From an uncultured Methanoregulaceae archaeon (GTDB taxonomy: Archaea > Halobacteriota > Methanomicrobia > Methanomicrobiales > Methanospirillaceae), in assembly GCA_963841015.1 (NCBI GenBank), contig CAWJAX010000005.1, forward strand, positions 320,001 to 384,000: DNA of 64,000 bases, read 5' to 3'. Each line of letters opens with the position of its first letter. Within the stretch, counting starts at the first letter, position 1. The position numbers and the translations under genes were made by a program. Positions 53,653-63,367 of this stretch are shown in pieces. The notes under the pieces are model-generated. The model ran no database searches, was not told the origin of the DNA, and saw nothing but the letters and a program-made list of their open reading frames with translations.

Positions 53653-54011
53653 GCGACGGAATAACGCATGCGGTCCTTGAGTTCCTGCTGTTTGCTGGCG
53701 TTCCAGCCTGATACGTCCTGAAGATAGCCGGTTACCCTGCTTATCTGGGTAACATCATGAGAGCCGCAGTCCGGGCAGACAGGTTTCCCGCATAAGGGGC
53801 AGTACTCAATACCCGAGATGATTTCATGGGTGCAGTGGCAGTGGTCAAGAGGGCACATGACCTCAAGGTGCGTCTCGCCGCATTTCGGGCACGGCTTTTC
53901 CTCCACGATAAGATGACAGGTGTGGCACTTGTATTTACGCTCTTTTTCCGGAATATCGTCCAGACGCTTGTATTTTTGAGCCAATGTTCGTTGATCTGCA
54001 GTCCAATCCAT
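53649..54011 (-). CDS. Stand-alone class III RNR (NrdD) C-terminal-like Zn-ribbon/glycyl-radical-loop protein
   Basis: Several CxxC pairs followed by ISRVTGYL....WN..K..E..DR. Confidence 0.8.
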   Translation of the reverse strand: MDWTADQRTLAQKYKRLDDIPEKERKYKCHTCHLIVEEKPCPKCGETHLEVMCPLDHCHCTHEIISGIEYCPLCGKPVCPDCGSHDVTQISRVTGYLQDVSGWNASKQQELKDRMRYSVA

Positions 54012-54136
54012 ACTATAACATTGTAGAAGTCCTTAATAAATATTTAGAACCTTATAGTTCAACGAACGGCCAATATCTGGATAATCAGCCGCGCATACCC
54101 GGATCTGGTCACAGAATGGAGGTTATTTATATATTG

Positions 54137-54775
54137 TTACACCGAACGAACTCGGGCAAAACCCTTTGCAGTGTTGCCCGGGTTGTCAGCCTCATAGATC
54201 GCGCGACCTACAATAATTCCGTCCACGAGCCTGGCGACCGCATCGGCATCCCCTCCCTGAGCACCAATACCTGGTGAGAGGATCTTCCGGTTGCCGACGA
54301 TGCGTCGCAGCACGTTTACCCGGTCAGGACGGGTTGCAGGAGCGATGATACCATCTGCTCCACACTCCATCGCAAGCTGTGCGATACGCTCCGCGGTCCC
54401 TCCCTGGAAGAATTCTGTAGCGCCCGGGTGGCTCATCTCTGCCACAACGAAACACGCACCTCCGTAATCGGAAGAGGTGTCGACACATGCCTGTACGGCG
54501 TCTCTTCCAGTGAAACCGTGGCAGATGATGGATGAGAACCCTGCATCAAATACCTGCTCTGCGATGAGCCGGTTCGTATTCGGGATGTCGGCAACTTTGA
54601 AATCAGCGATCAGCGGGAGATCTTCTTCCTCGAGCTCCATTGCTATAGAAAGTCCGCATGAGAGAATAAGCGGGTAACCAAGTTTTATTGCATCAATATG
54701 TGGTGCGCATGCATGTGCAACAGCAAGCGCCTTCTTCTTCTCAGGTACATCGAGCGCAAGAATCAGTTCAGTCAT
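54137..54775 (-). CDS. pyrF: Orotidine 5'-phosphate decarboxylase
   Basis: LILALDV, DFKVADIPNT, MSHPG, PATRP, SPGIGAQGG, IVGR.IY. Own ATG at 54775. Confidence 0.95.
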   Translation of the reverse strand: MTELILALDVPEKKKALAVAHACAPHIDAIKLGYPLILSCGLSIAMELEEEDLPLIADFKVADIPNTNRLIAEQVFDAGFSSIICHGFTGRDAVQACVDTSSDYGGACFVVAEMSHPGATEFFQGGTAERIAQLAMECGADGIIAPATRPDRVNVLRRIVGNRKILSPGIGAQGGDADAVARLVDGIIVGRAIYEADNPGNTAKGFARVRSV

Positions 54776-55699
54776 GATGCATCCGCTCCAGAACAGCGGC
54801 GACAAGTATGGGGAGGGTGATTGTCGCGTCGCCATAAACGGTAACTGCCTGTGCCTCTTCCGTGATCTTTCCCCACGAGCGTGCTTCATCAAGAGTTGCA
54901 CCAGAGAGTCCGCCGAGATCCGGGCGGTCACCGGTGAGTGTACTGCATAATTAAAGCCGTTGGGGGTCATTAGCATGCTCTGGAGAATAAAGTTTTTCGG
55001 CACACCCCCGCCAACCAGAAGTGCCCCGGCTTTTTTTGCAGTGAAGCAGGTATCCATGAGGGCCGGCATATCAGCGAATGCATCGATCGTTACCGTATTT
55101 GTCTGTGAGAAAAGCCAGTACTGAAGACCGACCATCGAATCCTGGACTGCGGGACAGTAAACGGGAATATTTTTTTTAGCAGCGGTATGGAGGATGCCGG
55201 ATTTCAGATGGTTTCCGATATGATTGAGAAGGCCGGAGATGGAGATTGTACTCCCGGGGTCAAGTTTGCCGAAGACGTTCTGCATGAATTCCTCGAAGTG
55301 CTCAAAAGCTTCGTTGGGGAGATACACATCGTAAATACGGTTGATTTCGTCATGCCGGAGCGCAATATCATTGCAGAACGCCGTCCCATGGAAGTGCCGG
55401 CACCCGATCGCCTCGATTATATCGTGGGTAAGATTTGCGCCGGTCGAAACCAGCACATCGACATGATCGGCTTTCACGAGATCGGAAACGATCCCGCCCA
55501 TACCGGCAGGCACCATCGCGCCGGCAAGACCTAAGAATTTTGTTGCCTGGTTATCGCGCAGCATCTGTTCATAAATCGTTGCCGCTTTTGCCAGTGCCCC
55601 CCCATTATACGCACCGGCTTTTCCCATCGCAATAACCAGCTCATTAACGGTCATTTTTGGTTTGACATGGAGCTGGGTGACCGGCTCATCGCATTGCAT
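54768..55699 (-). CDS. dys: Deoxyhypusine synthase (frameshift near 54939)
   Basis: STGANLTHD, RIYDV, GGGVPKNF. The true C-terminus LTGDRPDLGGLSGATLDEARSWGK...GDATITLP lies in another frame ending at TGA 54768. Confidence 0.92.
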
Positions 55700-55937
55700 T
55701 GTGATATATATTCCCCCAGGATGTTGTCATACTCTTGTTTTTTCTTAAGTTTATCAGTGTATCACAAGTATTGTTCCTGTTAATTTTACGTTCATACCCA
55801 TAAACACACGCAGTAAAAAAATGTTGATGATACCTGCTTTCCTCCAGATTCCGTTTGTTCGAGTAGCATAGAAATTACTCCAATTTCATAGTCATGCTTC
55901 AACAAAGTTATCGGTATCCGAACCAATTATTATCCGA

Positions 55938-58337
55938 ATGCCGGAATCTATAAGATCAGATAACATAGCATCAATTTCCTTATCTAATCTAACAGGGAAT
56001 TTTCTTCCGATACTTGAATCCTTACGGGATCTTCTCGCCCGCCGGCTGGTTCAGGAGTATCACTCAATTACCGATCACGACCTGAATTACACAATCTTTT
56101 CATCAATTTTACAGGTCCTCTTCCTCAGAACCGGAAAGGATTGCGGGTTTGTAGAGCCCGGAACGCTCGCCCTTCTTGCTGAAAGTGACGGTATAAGCCG
56201 GCGCATGGCGCGGGCATGCTCAGATGTGGGGCTAATGCCGGATATCCTCTTCGAGAAAGGGCCGGACGATCCCCGTCCTACTCCCGAAGTTCCCGATGAT
56301 GCGCTCCGTGAAATTATCCGTTATATGGATTCTGAGAAATTTCCCGTGCCCATCTCCACACTCCCAATTGGACACCTTGCCGTAATCTTTGAAAACTTTC
56401 TTGGGACAAGAATGCAGGTTTCAGAAGGATACCGTGTGAAGCATACCGGAAAGTCTGCAGTGCTCTATACCGGAAACGTGGGTATACCTTTGCAGGAGGT
56501 CGTCGAATATGTGGTGAATAAGACGATGAGTGAGGTGATCAGGGAACCGGAAACAGATTGCAGAACGGGGGTCAGGATCCTCGATCCCGCATGCGGCGCC
56601 GGGATCTTTTTGCTCGCTGCGTACAGGGCTCTTGTCCGTCGCAAGACCGAACAATCAAATCGTCAGGAACAGACAGGAGAGTTACTGCATGGTCTGGCAT
56701 GCCAGTCAGTTTACGGCACAGACATCGATCCCGAATACGTCAGCACGGCTCGTTTCATCATCCTGCTTTCGTTCATTGAGGAGTGCCAGCTGTCAGGATA
56801 TGGTCCTGTTTCACCGGACTGTTTGCGGGAAATATGCGAATGCCTGAAAGGTACAATTCGTTGTGGGAACGCCCTGATTGCCAATGACTACTTTTCCGGA
56901 CGGCAGGAACACCCGTTCAATGCAGAGGAACGCCTCAAGGTCAACGCTTTTTCCTGGCAGGAGGCATTTCCGCATGTCCTTGATCGCGGGGGATTTGATG
57001 CGATAATCGGTGCACCCCCACCTTATCAGCCTTTCATGGTAAAAGCACGGGACGAATATTTCCAAACGCATTACAATGTTTACGCAAAGGGTGCCGGGCT
57101 CTATGGTTACTTCATCGAGAAGGGGTTGAAGCTACTCCGACCCAAAGGGTCGCTTGCCTTCTGTATACCGGATACGTTTCTCAGAACAAACCCTGCCCGG
57201 TCACTGCGGAAGTTTCTGCTTACAAAACAGATCGAGGAGATCGTGGAGTTTGGTGATCTGCCGGTCTTTAAAACCGCGACAACGTGCCCATGCATTATCC
57301 GGGTCTCCAACAATAAACCTTCAAAAGCATTCTGCGTTACAAAGCTGGAAACGCTTGACTTTCCGAGCCTTAACGAATACGTGAAGGAGCACCGGCACCC
57401 AATGGATCAGCAAATGCTCACTGATGGCGGGTGGACGCTCGGCGACAAGCGAACGGAGAATTTGTTGAAGAAGTTGCAGAGTGTCGGGGGGCCGCTGGAA
57501 GAATATGTAATGGGAGGGATCTATCGGGGAATAATTACCGGATTGAATGATGCATTTGTGATCAATGAAAAAATTAAAAATCAATTAATCGATGCTGATC
57601 CAAGGAACGCAACAATTATCAAACCATTTATAACCGGCAAAGATATCAAACGCTACATTCCTCCCGAAAAAGGAAAAAATGTTATTTTAATGCCAAAAGG
57701 ATGGACGAACAAACTATCGGGAGATGCGAAAAATAAGGGGAAGTGGTTCAAAGAACACTATCCTGCTGTTTCTCAACATCTTGAGCCATTTAAAAAAACT
57801 GCAGAAATCCGTTCTGATAAGGGTGATTACTGGTGGGAATTGCGAGCGTGTGAGTATTACGAAGAATTTGAAAAACCGAAAATATTTTACCCGGATATTG
57901 CCCCACGAGGATACTTCACTCTCGATGAAACTGGGAAATTCTTTTGTGCACATTCGGGCTGTTTCATAGTCAGTAATCAAAAATACCTGTTGGGGCTGTT
58001 AAACTCAAAGTTGATCACTTTTTATTATTGTAAAAATACAGCATCGATCCACGGTGGATATCTGAGATTCTTTCCACAAAGTATTGCCAGACTCCCTATC
58101 TATACAATCGACTTTGACAACCCGAATGACAAAACCCGGCACGATCGCATGGTCACTCTCGTCACCGAAATGTTGGAATTACACAAACACCTGAGTCATG
58201 CGAAGACGGATCAGGAAAAACGGATCATCAGGCAAGAGATCGAGTCGATCGACCGTCAGATCGATTCGCTGGTGTATGGATTATACAGCCTAACCGCCGA
58301 TGAGGTTGCGGTGGTAGAAGAGGCAGTAAGGATATAA
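55938..58337 (+). CDS. Type IIG/Eco57I-like DNA methyltransferase-TRD protein with no N-terminal nuclease and a degenerate motif IV
   Basis: Motif I ILDPACGAGIFL, YGTDID, IRCGNAL, GGFDAIIG-APPPY (expected GNPPY), Y.YFIEKG, TaqI_C-like WWELR.C.Y...F.KPKI, LLGLLNS, ID.LVY.LY.LT. Confidence 0.85.
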   Translation: MPESIRSDNIASISLSNLTGNFLPILESLRDLLARRLVQEYHSITDHDLNYTIFSSILQVLFLRTGKDCGFVEPGTLALLAESDGISRRMARACSDVGLMPDILFEKGPDDPRPTPEVPDDALREIIRYMDSEKFPVPISTLPIGHLAVIFENFLGTRMQVSEGYRVKHTGKSAVLYTGNVGIPLQEVVEYVVNKTMSEVIREPETDCRTGVRILDPACGAGIFLLAAYRALVRRKTEQSNRQEQTGELLHGLACQSVYGTDIDPEYVSTARFIILLSFIEECQLSGYGPVSPDCLREICECLKGTIRCGNALIANDYFSGRQEHPFNAEERLKVNAFSWQEAFPHVLDRGGFDAIIGAPPPYQPFMVKARDEYFQTHYNVYAKGAGLYGYFIEKGLKLLRPKGSLAFCIPDTFLRTNPARSLRKFLLTKQIEEIVEFGDLPVFKTATTCPCIIRVSNNKPSKAFCVTKLETLDFPSLNEYVKEHRHPMDQQMLTDGGWTLGDKRTENLLKKLQSVGGPLEEYVMGGIYRGIITGLNDAFVINEKIKNQLIDADPRNATIIKPFITGKDIKRYIPPEKGKNVILMPKGWTNKLSGDAKNKGKWFKEHYPAVSQHLEPFKKTAEIRSDKGDYWWELRACEYYEEFEKPKIFYPDIAPRGYFTLDETGKFFCAHSGCFIVSNQKYLLGLLNSKLITFYYCKNTASIHGGYLRFFPQSIARLPIYTIDFDNPNDKTRHDRMVTLVTEMLELHKHLSHAKTDQEKRIIRQEIESIDRQIDSLVYGLYSLTADEVAVVEEAVRI

Positions 58338-58585
58338 AACCCTTCGACGATAAAAAACAGTATTATAGTGGTTACTGGAACGCAGATATTTTTCGCCATG
58401 GCATAAAGTAACCCTCCAAAAAAGGGGCTGCTGGAAGACCGCTATTTTAACAGATCTTATTTTGATTTAAACGGCTATTTTTTAAAAACAAGGAAGTATA
58501 TCAATATTTTCCACAGGGGTTGACGCACTTCCGCTGGAGCCGGAAATGACCTTCGTCCGATTGGCAAACGGGGCTTAAATTGGGC

Positions 58586-59011
58586 TTATTCACTTTCATC
58601 CCCCCGGATTGTTGGAAGGTTCAGGGGTTCGCTCCTGAATTTGACGCATTTCTGGAAAACCGGTTTTTCACGGTCAATCATGCTAATCTCATATAACCTG
58701 TCTTCGTGTACCCGGTACCGCTGGAAGGCACGGCTCCAGACATATCGTACCCACAGCTCGCGGCCGATCCCTTCTGGCATCGGCAGCATTTTAAGAATCT
58801 CAAAATCATCGCGGAAGAAGTCCTCCCACATATCGAACTCACCCGGAGAGTTACGGCTCGTCCGCACACGGATCGCGATCGCATCATGGTCTCGGTAGGC
58901 AAGGGCATCATAGGGTATATCTGCATCGGGATTAGGTACCCAGCAGTAGCCCTGCCGTTCTGCAAATTTTTTTGCTGATTCTATTGTAACCACCGGACGT
59001 GCGCCCCGCAT
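58586..59011 (-). CDS. Hypothetical protein, PD-(D/E)XK/Hjc-like fold
   Basis: A..FAERQGY...PYDALAYR....AIRVRTSR...RELWV pattern; GC-balanced coding composition. Confidence 0.6.
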   Translation of the reverse strand: MRGARPVVTIESAKKFAERQGYCWVPNPDADIPYDALAYRDHDAIAIRVRTSRNSPGEFDMWEDFFRDDFEILKMLPMPEGIGRELWVRYVWSRAFQRYRVHEDRLYEISMIDREKPVFQKCVKFRSEPLNLPTIRGDESE

Positions 59012-59150
59012 CTCTGTAACACCCTCGTCTTTCCGGATTGATACCAGGACAATACTTCTCAAAAGAAATGCAGGGTAAGATGATACGCTTTGTTATGGGA
59101 AGGCTCTGCCCTCGTCACAGGAACGACCTTTCGGATTGCCAATGAATGTA

Positions 59151-60374
59151 TCAATATTCCGGCTCTCCCCTGCAGAGCGGTTTTGCCAGATGTCTCCGTG
59201 CGGTTGGTGGCACTTCATACCATCCGGTTGTCAGATTTCGGGGAATTACCTGCAGGTCCGGATCAACCGCACGTGCTCCGCACTTTTTACATTTGTAACC
59301 TTTTCCCGTCCCATCGCTTGTCATACGTTTGTTACATTGGATGCATATTGGTGGGCGTGAGGATACCGGTATAGCAAGTTTCGTGATCCGGATTTTTTCA
59401 AGATTGATACTCCCCTTCTTGTAACTCCCGACCACAATCACTCCATCGCCCAGGACGAGCTGACGCACTATCTGCCGGAAATTTTTCGTGGGCTCGTAAG
59501 CCATGCAGCGCACGGTACGATCGTCATCACTGATTGTGAACGAGACATGCCCTCCGGTCGTGGTTGATGGAGCCCCCGCTACAATACCCTGAACCCGGAA
59601 CGAGAGCCCTTCCCGGAGTTCACCAATCCTGCCGGAAAGGATATGCGCATCTGTCCCCTCGTTCGTGACCCAGATCTGTTCGATCCCCGGTTTCTCTGAT
59701 TTGACCATCTGACGGGCAACCATCACCCACGAAGGACTTTCGCCACGGATGCCAAAAAGCACCGGATCCGGAGTATGCGGCACGCAGACCACAACATCAT
59801 TTGTTGTATCCACCGTGTCCCATGTGTGCGGGAATGTTGCCTGTTCCGCATCGAACAAACTTTGCCGGTCAACATCGCGGGGAGTTCCCCAGTGTTCCGG
59901 TTTCCGGTATACCAGGATTTCAGAAGTGCGATCCTCAAACATGCTTGCGACTGCAGCAGTAGCACCAATCAGGCCGCGCCTGTTTTTGTACCCCCGGTAT
60001 TGGGCACCAGTTTCTTCGAGAAGTTCGATTGCCTCTTCGATCTGGCAAAAATCGGTTACAGCCTTTGAATAAAATGCCGGGTCCGGTGGTGTATCGACCA
60101 CAACAACCCCGGGATTGGTATTTTCACAGGAAAAATCGGCAAGCTCCTCAACAACCGTGCACGCGATCGCAAATGCAGCGTCCCTGTCTCCTGAAACATT
60201 GAGTGCGACTGCTGCATTACCCCGTGTTTTGAAGGTTACATTCGGGTTGAGCCGGACGAGCCGTGCTTCACGGACTCTCATATGTTCGCAGATCAGGCGG
60301 CGTGCAAGGATTGCACCGAGGTATGTCGTGCACATCCCCTGAGGTGAATCCGTATCATCAATCCCGATGAGCAT
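59151..60374 (-). CDS. tiaS: tRNA(Ile2) agmatinylcytidine synthase
   Basis: IGIDDTDS..GMCTT, LVRLNP...KTRGN, GLIGA, PDPVLFGIRG, AYEPT, Zn ribbon, RRHL.KP. Confidence 0.95.
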   Translation of the reverse strand: MLIGIDDTDSPQGMCTTYLGAILARRLICEHMRVREARLVRLNPNVTFKTRGNAAVALNVSGDRDAAFAIACTVVEELADFSCENTNPGVVVVDTPPDPAFYSKAVTDFCQIEEAIELLEETGAQYRGYKNRRGLIGATAAVASMFEDRTSEILVYRKPEHWGTPRDVDRQSLFDAEQATFPHTWDTVDTTNDVVVCVPHTPDPVLFGIRGESPSWVMVARQMVKSEKPGIEQIWVTNEGTDAHILSGRIGELREGLSFRVQGIVAGAPSTTTGGHVSFTISDDDRTVRCMAYEPTKNFRQIVRQLVLGDGVIVVGSYKKGSINLEKIRITKLAIPVSSRPPICIQCNKRMTSDGTGKGYKCKKCGARAVDPDLQVIPRNLTTGWYEVPPTARRHLAKPLCRGEPEY

Positions 60375-60418
60375 ATCTATATTAATATACCCTCAGGCTA
60401 TATCCATTCTTTACGGAA

Positions 60419-61345
60419 ATGTCTCAGGATCGCCAACTCCAGCTGGTCACCAGTGTAATGATCACCGCAGGTTTTGATGTATCAGAACGGTTCTCCATCC
60501 GTCCAAGGAGTTTTGACCTTATCGCCCGTAACAACGGGACGCTTCTCATCATTAAAGTGGTATCCCATATCGACAGTATAAGCGAAGAGGTGGCATTTGA
60601 CCTTGAAGTGATCTCGCGCCATCTTGGGGGGGTCCCTCTGGTGGTTGGTGAACGAGCCCGCGACGCAGAGCTTGAGCGCGGGGCTGTCTATGTACGGTAC
60701 GGTATTTTTGCTATCAGCCCCTCAACACTCTATGACTATTTTGTGGAGGGGATTCCCCCGCTTGTCTATGCATCTCCAGGTGGACTCTACGTGAACATCG
60801 ATGGTGAGGTGCTCCGTGATCTTCGGGAGAAACGCAGTATGTCGCTGGGGGATCTCGGGCAGGTGCTGGGGGTATCGCGACGCACGATCAGTAAATATGA
60901 GAGTGGTATGGGTACTACCCTTGATGTGGCGATCCGGATCGAGGAATTTTTTAATACCGGTGTGGTAAAATCCATAAATCTTATTCTTCACGAGCCCCCC
61001 CGAGTGATGGAGGGACAGCAGCGGGACGAAGGGACGGGCACGCAGACCCCGATGGAGTTTTTTAAACAGATCGGCATGCAGCTTCACACGCTCCATGGTG
61101 CCCCGTTCCAGGCGCTTCTCACTTTTGAGAAACATACTATTCTCACCGGATACGGTCCAGCTGACAAAGTCATTAAACGCGCCGCTCTTATTGGAAATAT
61201 ATCACAGATCGCAAAGAAACATGCAATGTGTGTTATCACTGATCATTACAAGCAGAAAAAGATAGGAAAAACACTCGTAATCGGGGAGGATCGCCTTCAC
61301 CGGATTACCGATGGTTTTGAGCTTCTTGATATGATCGGTGAATAA
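60419..61345 (+). CDS. Conserved archaeal HTH (Cro/C1-type) transcriptional regulator
   Basis: FDLIAR, GAVYVRYG, PGGLYV.IDG, SLGDLG..LGVSRRTISKYE; typical tiaS-thermosome neighbourhood. Confidence 0.88.
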   Translation: MSQDRQLQLVTSVMITAGFDVSERFSIRPRSFDLIARNNGTLLIIKVVSHIDSISEEVAFDLEVISRHLGGVPLVVGERARDAELERGAVYVRYGIFAISPSTLYDYFVEGIPPLVYASPGGLYVNIDGEVLRDLREKRSMSLGDLGQVLGVSRRTISKYESGMGTTLDVAIRIEEFFNTGVVKSINLILHEPPRVMEGQQRDEGTGTQTPMEFFKQIGMQLHTLHGAPFQALLTFEKHTILTGYGPADKVIKRAALIGNISQIAKKHAMCVITDHYKQKKIGKTLVIGEDRLHRITDGFELLDMIGE

Positions 61346-61408
61346 TCTGTTTTAGATAATGTTTATATAGAACCACAAACCAATTTTAGTGCTAAAAGTG
61401 GTGATTTA

Positions 61409-63070
61409 ATGTCACAGCAACTAGGTGGACAGCAGATACTTATTCTTAAAGAAGGCAGCACCCGTACCCGGGGCCGCGATGCTCAGGGTATGAACATCAC
61501 CGCCGCAAAGGCAGTGGCAAGTGCAGTCAGGACCACACTCGGTCCAAAAGGTATGGACAAGATGCTCGTCGATACAATCGGCGATGTCGTGATCACGAAC
61601 GATGGTGTCACAATTCTTAAGGAAATGGACATCGAGCACCCGGCCGCAAAAATGATGGTTGAGGTCGCAAAGACGCAGGATGATGAGGTTGGTGACGGTA
61701 CAACCACAGCTGTCGTTATTGCCGGTGAGCTTCTCAAGAAGGCAGAGGATCTCCTTGAGCAGGATGTTCACCCAACCATCATTGCCGCAGGCTACCGTCA
61801 GGCAGCTGAAAAGGCGCAGGCTATCCTTAAGGAAATTGCATTTGATGTTAAGGCGACCGATAAGGTGATGCTTAAAAATATCGCCGGTACCGCAATGACC
61901 GGCAAGGGTGCCGAGGCATCCAAGGACAAGCTCTGCGACCTTGTCGTCAAAGCGATTACAATGGTTACTGATGACGATGGAACCGTTGACATCGAGAACA
62001 TCAAAGTCGAGAAGAAGACTGGTGGGAGCATTGAGGACTCTGAAATTGTTGAAGGAGTACTCATTGATAAGGAAAGAGTCCACCCGTCGATGCCAAAGAA
62101 AGTCACCAATGCAAAGATTCTCTTACTGAATGCCGCAGTCGAGTTCAAGAAAACCGAAGTTGACGCTGAGATTAACATCACCAGCCCTGATCAGCTCCAG
62201 GCATTCCTTGACGAGGAAGAGCGAATGGTCAGAGGTATTGTCGACAAGGTTGTAGCAAGCGGCGCAAATGTTCTCTTCTGCCAGAAGGGTATTGACGATA
62301 TTGCCCAGCACTACCTCGCAAAGGCAGGAATCTTTGCAACCCGCCGTGTCAAGAAGAGCGACATGGAAAAGCTCGCCCGTGCAACCGGTGCCAGCCTCGT
62401 TTCCTCGATTGATGCGATCAGTAAGGAAGAACTTGGTAAGGCAGGGCTCGTTGAGGAACGCAAGGTTTCCGGCGAAGAAATGACCTTTGTCGAGCAGTGC
62501 AAGAATCCCAAGGCAGTATCAATTATCATCAAGGGTGGTACTGAGCACGTAGTTGACGAACTCGAACGTGCAATCCATGATGCACTTCGTGTTGTTGGCG
62601 TTGTCGTTGAAGATAAGAAAGTTGTCGCCGGTGGTGGCGCACCAGAGACTGAACTTTCCCTCCGTCTCCGTGAATACGGTGCAACGGTCGGTGGAAGGGC
62701 ACAGCTCGCCATCGAAGCATTCGCATCAGCCCTCGAGATTATTCCGCGAACCCTCGCAGAGAATGCAGGACTTGACCCCATAGATATGCTTGTCGAGATT
62801 CGTGCAGCTCATGAGAAGGGAAAGAAAACACACGGTCTGAACGTATTCGAAGGCAAGGCAGTCGACATGAAGGCAGCCGGTGTTGTCGAGCCACTCCGCG
62901 TCAAGACGCAGGCAATCTCCTCGGCTGCGGAAGCTGCTATCATGATTCTGCGCATTGACGATGTCATTGCATCGTCCAAGAGCCACGCACCTGAGGGCGG
63001 CATGCCCCCCGGTGGCATGGGTGGTATGGGCGGAATGGGTGGCATGCCCCCCGGAATGGGCGATTACTAA
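61409..63070 (+). CDS. ths: Thermosome (group II chaperonin) subunit
   Basis: [34 protein letters not shown] tail. Confidence 0.97.
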   Translation: MSQQLGGQQILILKEGSTRTRGRDAQGMNITAAKAVASAVRTTLGPKGMDKMLVDTIGDVVITNDGVTILKEMDIEHPAAKMMVEVAKTQDDEVGDGTTTAVVIAGELLKKAEDLLEQDVHPTIIAAGYRQAAEKAQAILKEIAFDVKATDKVMLKNIAGTAMTGKGAEASKDKLCDLVVKAITMVTDDDGTVDIENIKVEKKTGGSIEDSEIVEGVLIDKERVHPSMPKKVTNAKILLLNAAVEFKKTEVDAEINITSPDQLQAFLDEEERMVRGIVDKVVASGANVLFCQKGIDDIAQHYLAKAGIFATRRVKKSDMEKLARATGASLVSSIDAISKEELGKAGLVEERKVSGEEMTFVEQCKNPKAVSIIIKGGTEHVVDELERAIHDALRVVGVVVEDKKVVAGGGAPETELSLRLREYGATVGGRAQLAIEAFASALEIIPRTLAENAGLDPIDMLVEIRAAHEKGKKTHGLNVFEGKAVDMKAAGVVEPLRVKTQAISSAAEAAIMILRIDDVIASSKSHAPEGGMPPGGMGGMGGMGGMPPGMGDY

Positions 63071-63073
63071 TCC

Positions 63074-63092
63074 ATTTTTTTTATTTTTTTTG
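63074..63092 (+). terminator. Oligo-T terminator after thermosome
   Basis: Two T8 tracts directly after the stop codon. Confidence 0.55.
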
Positions 63093-63367
63093 TTCTCAAT
63101 TTCAGATGTTTGGTGCGTCTTCGTTCTCCTTGATATTTTTTAATGCGATCCTGTATGAATGCACCATAAAAAATAGAGGACAGAATCTGTTGAAAATACA
63201 TAAATAAATCTTAAATATTTACCGGAATTGGATTATTCCCCCCTCTTCTGTTCTCGGGATTTTTTTAAAAAAATCGTTAAAAAAGAATTCAATTGGAAAA
63301 AAAGAGGGGTTCTCTTCTTACTGCTCTCCCCTTTTTGTTACCGCAACCTGAACAAAGAGTGAACGAA

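Noticed and set aside
54137-55699. Apparent 520-aa deoxyhypusine synthase-PyrF fusion
   Set aside because: A one-base deletion near 54939 shifts dhs into the pyrF frame. The genuine DHS C-terminus (GGLSGATLDEARSWGK) is in another frame with its own stop, and pyrF has its own ATG.
62995-63062. GGCATG-type short repeats
   Set aside because: They encode the ordinary GGM tail of chaperonins.
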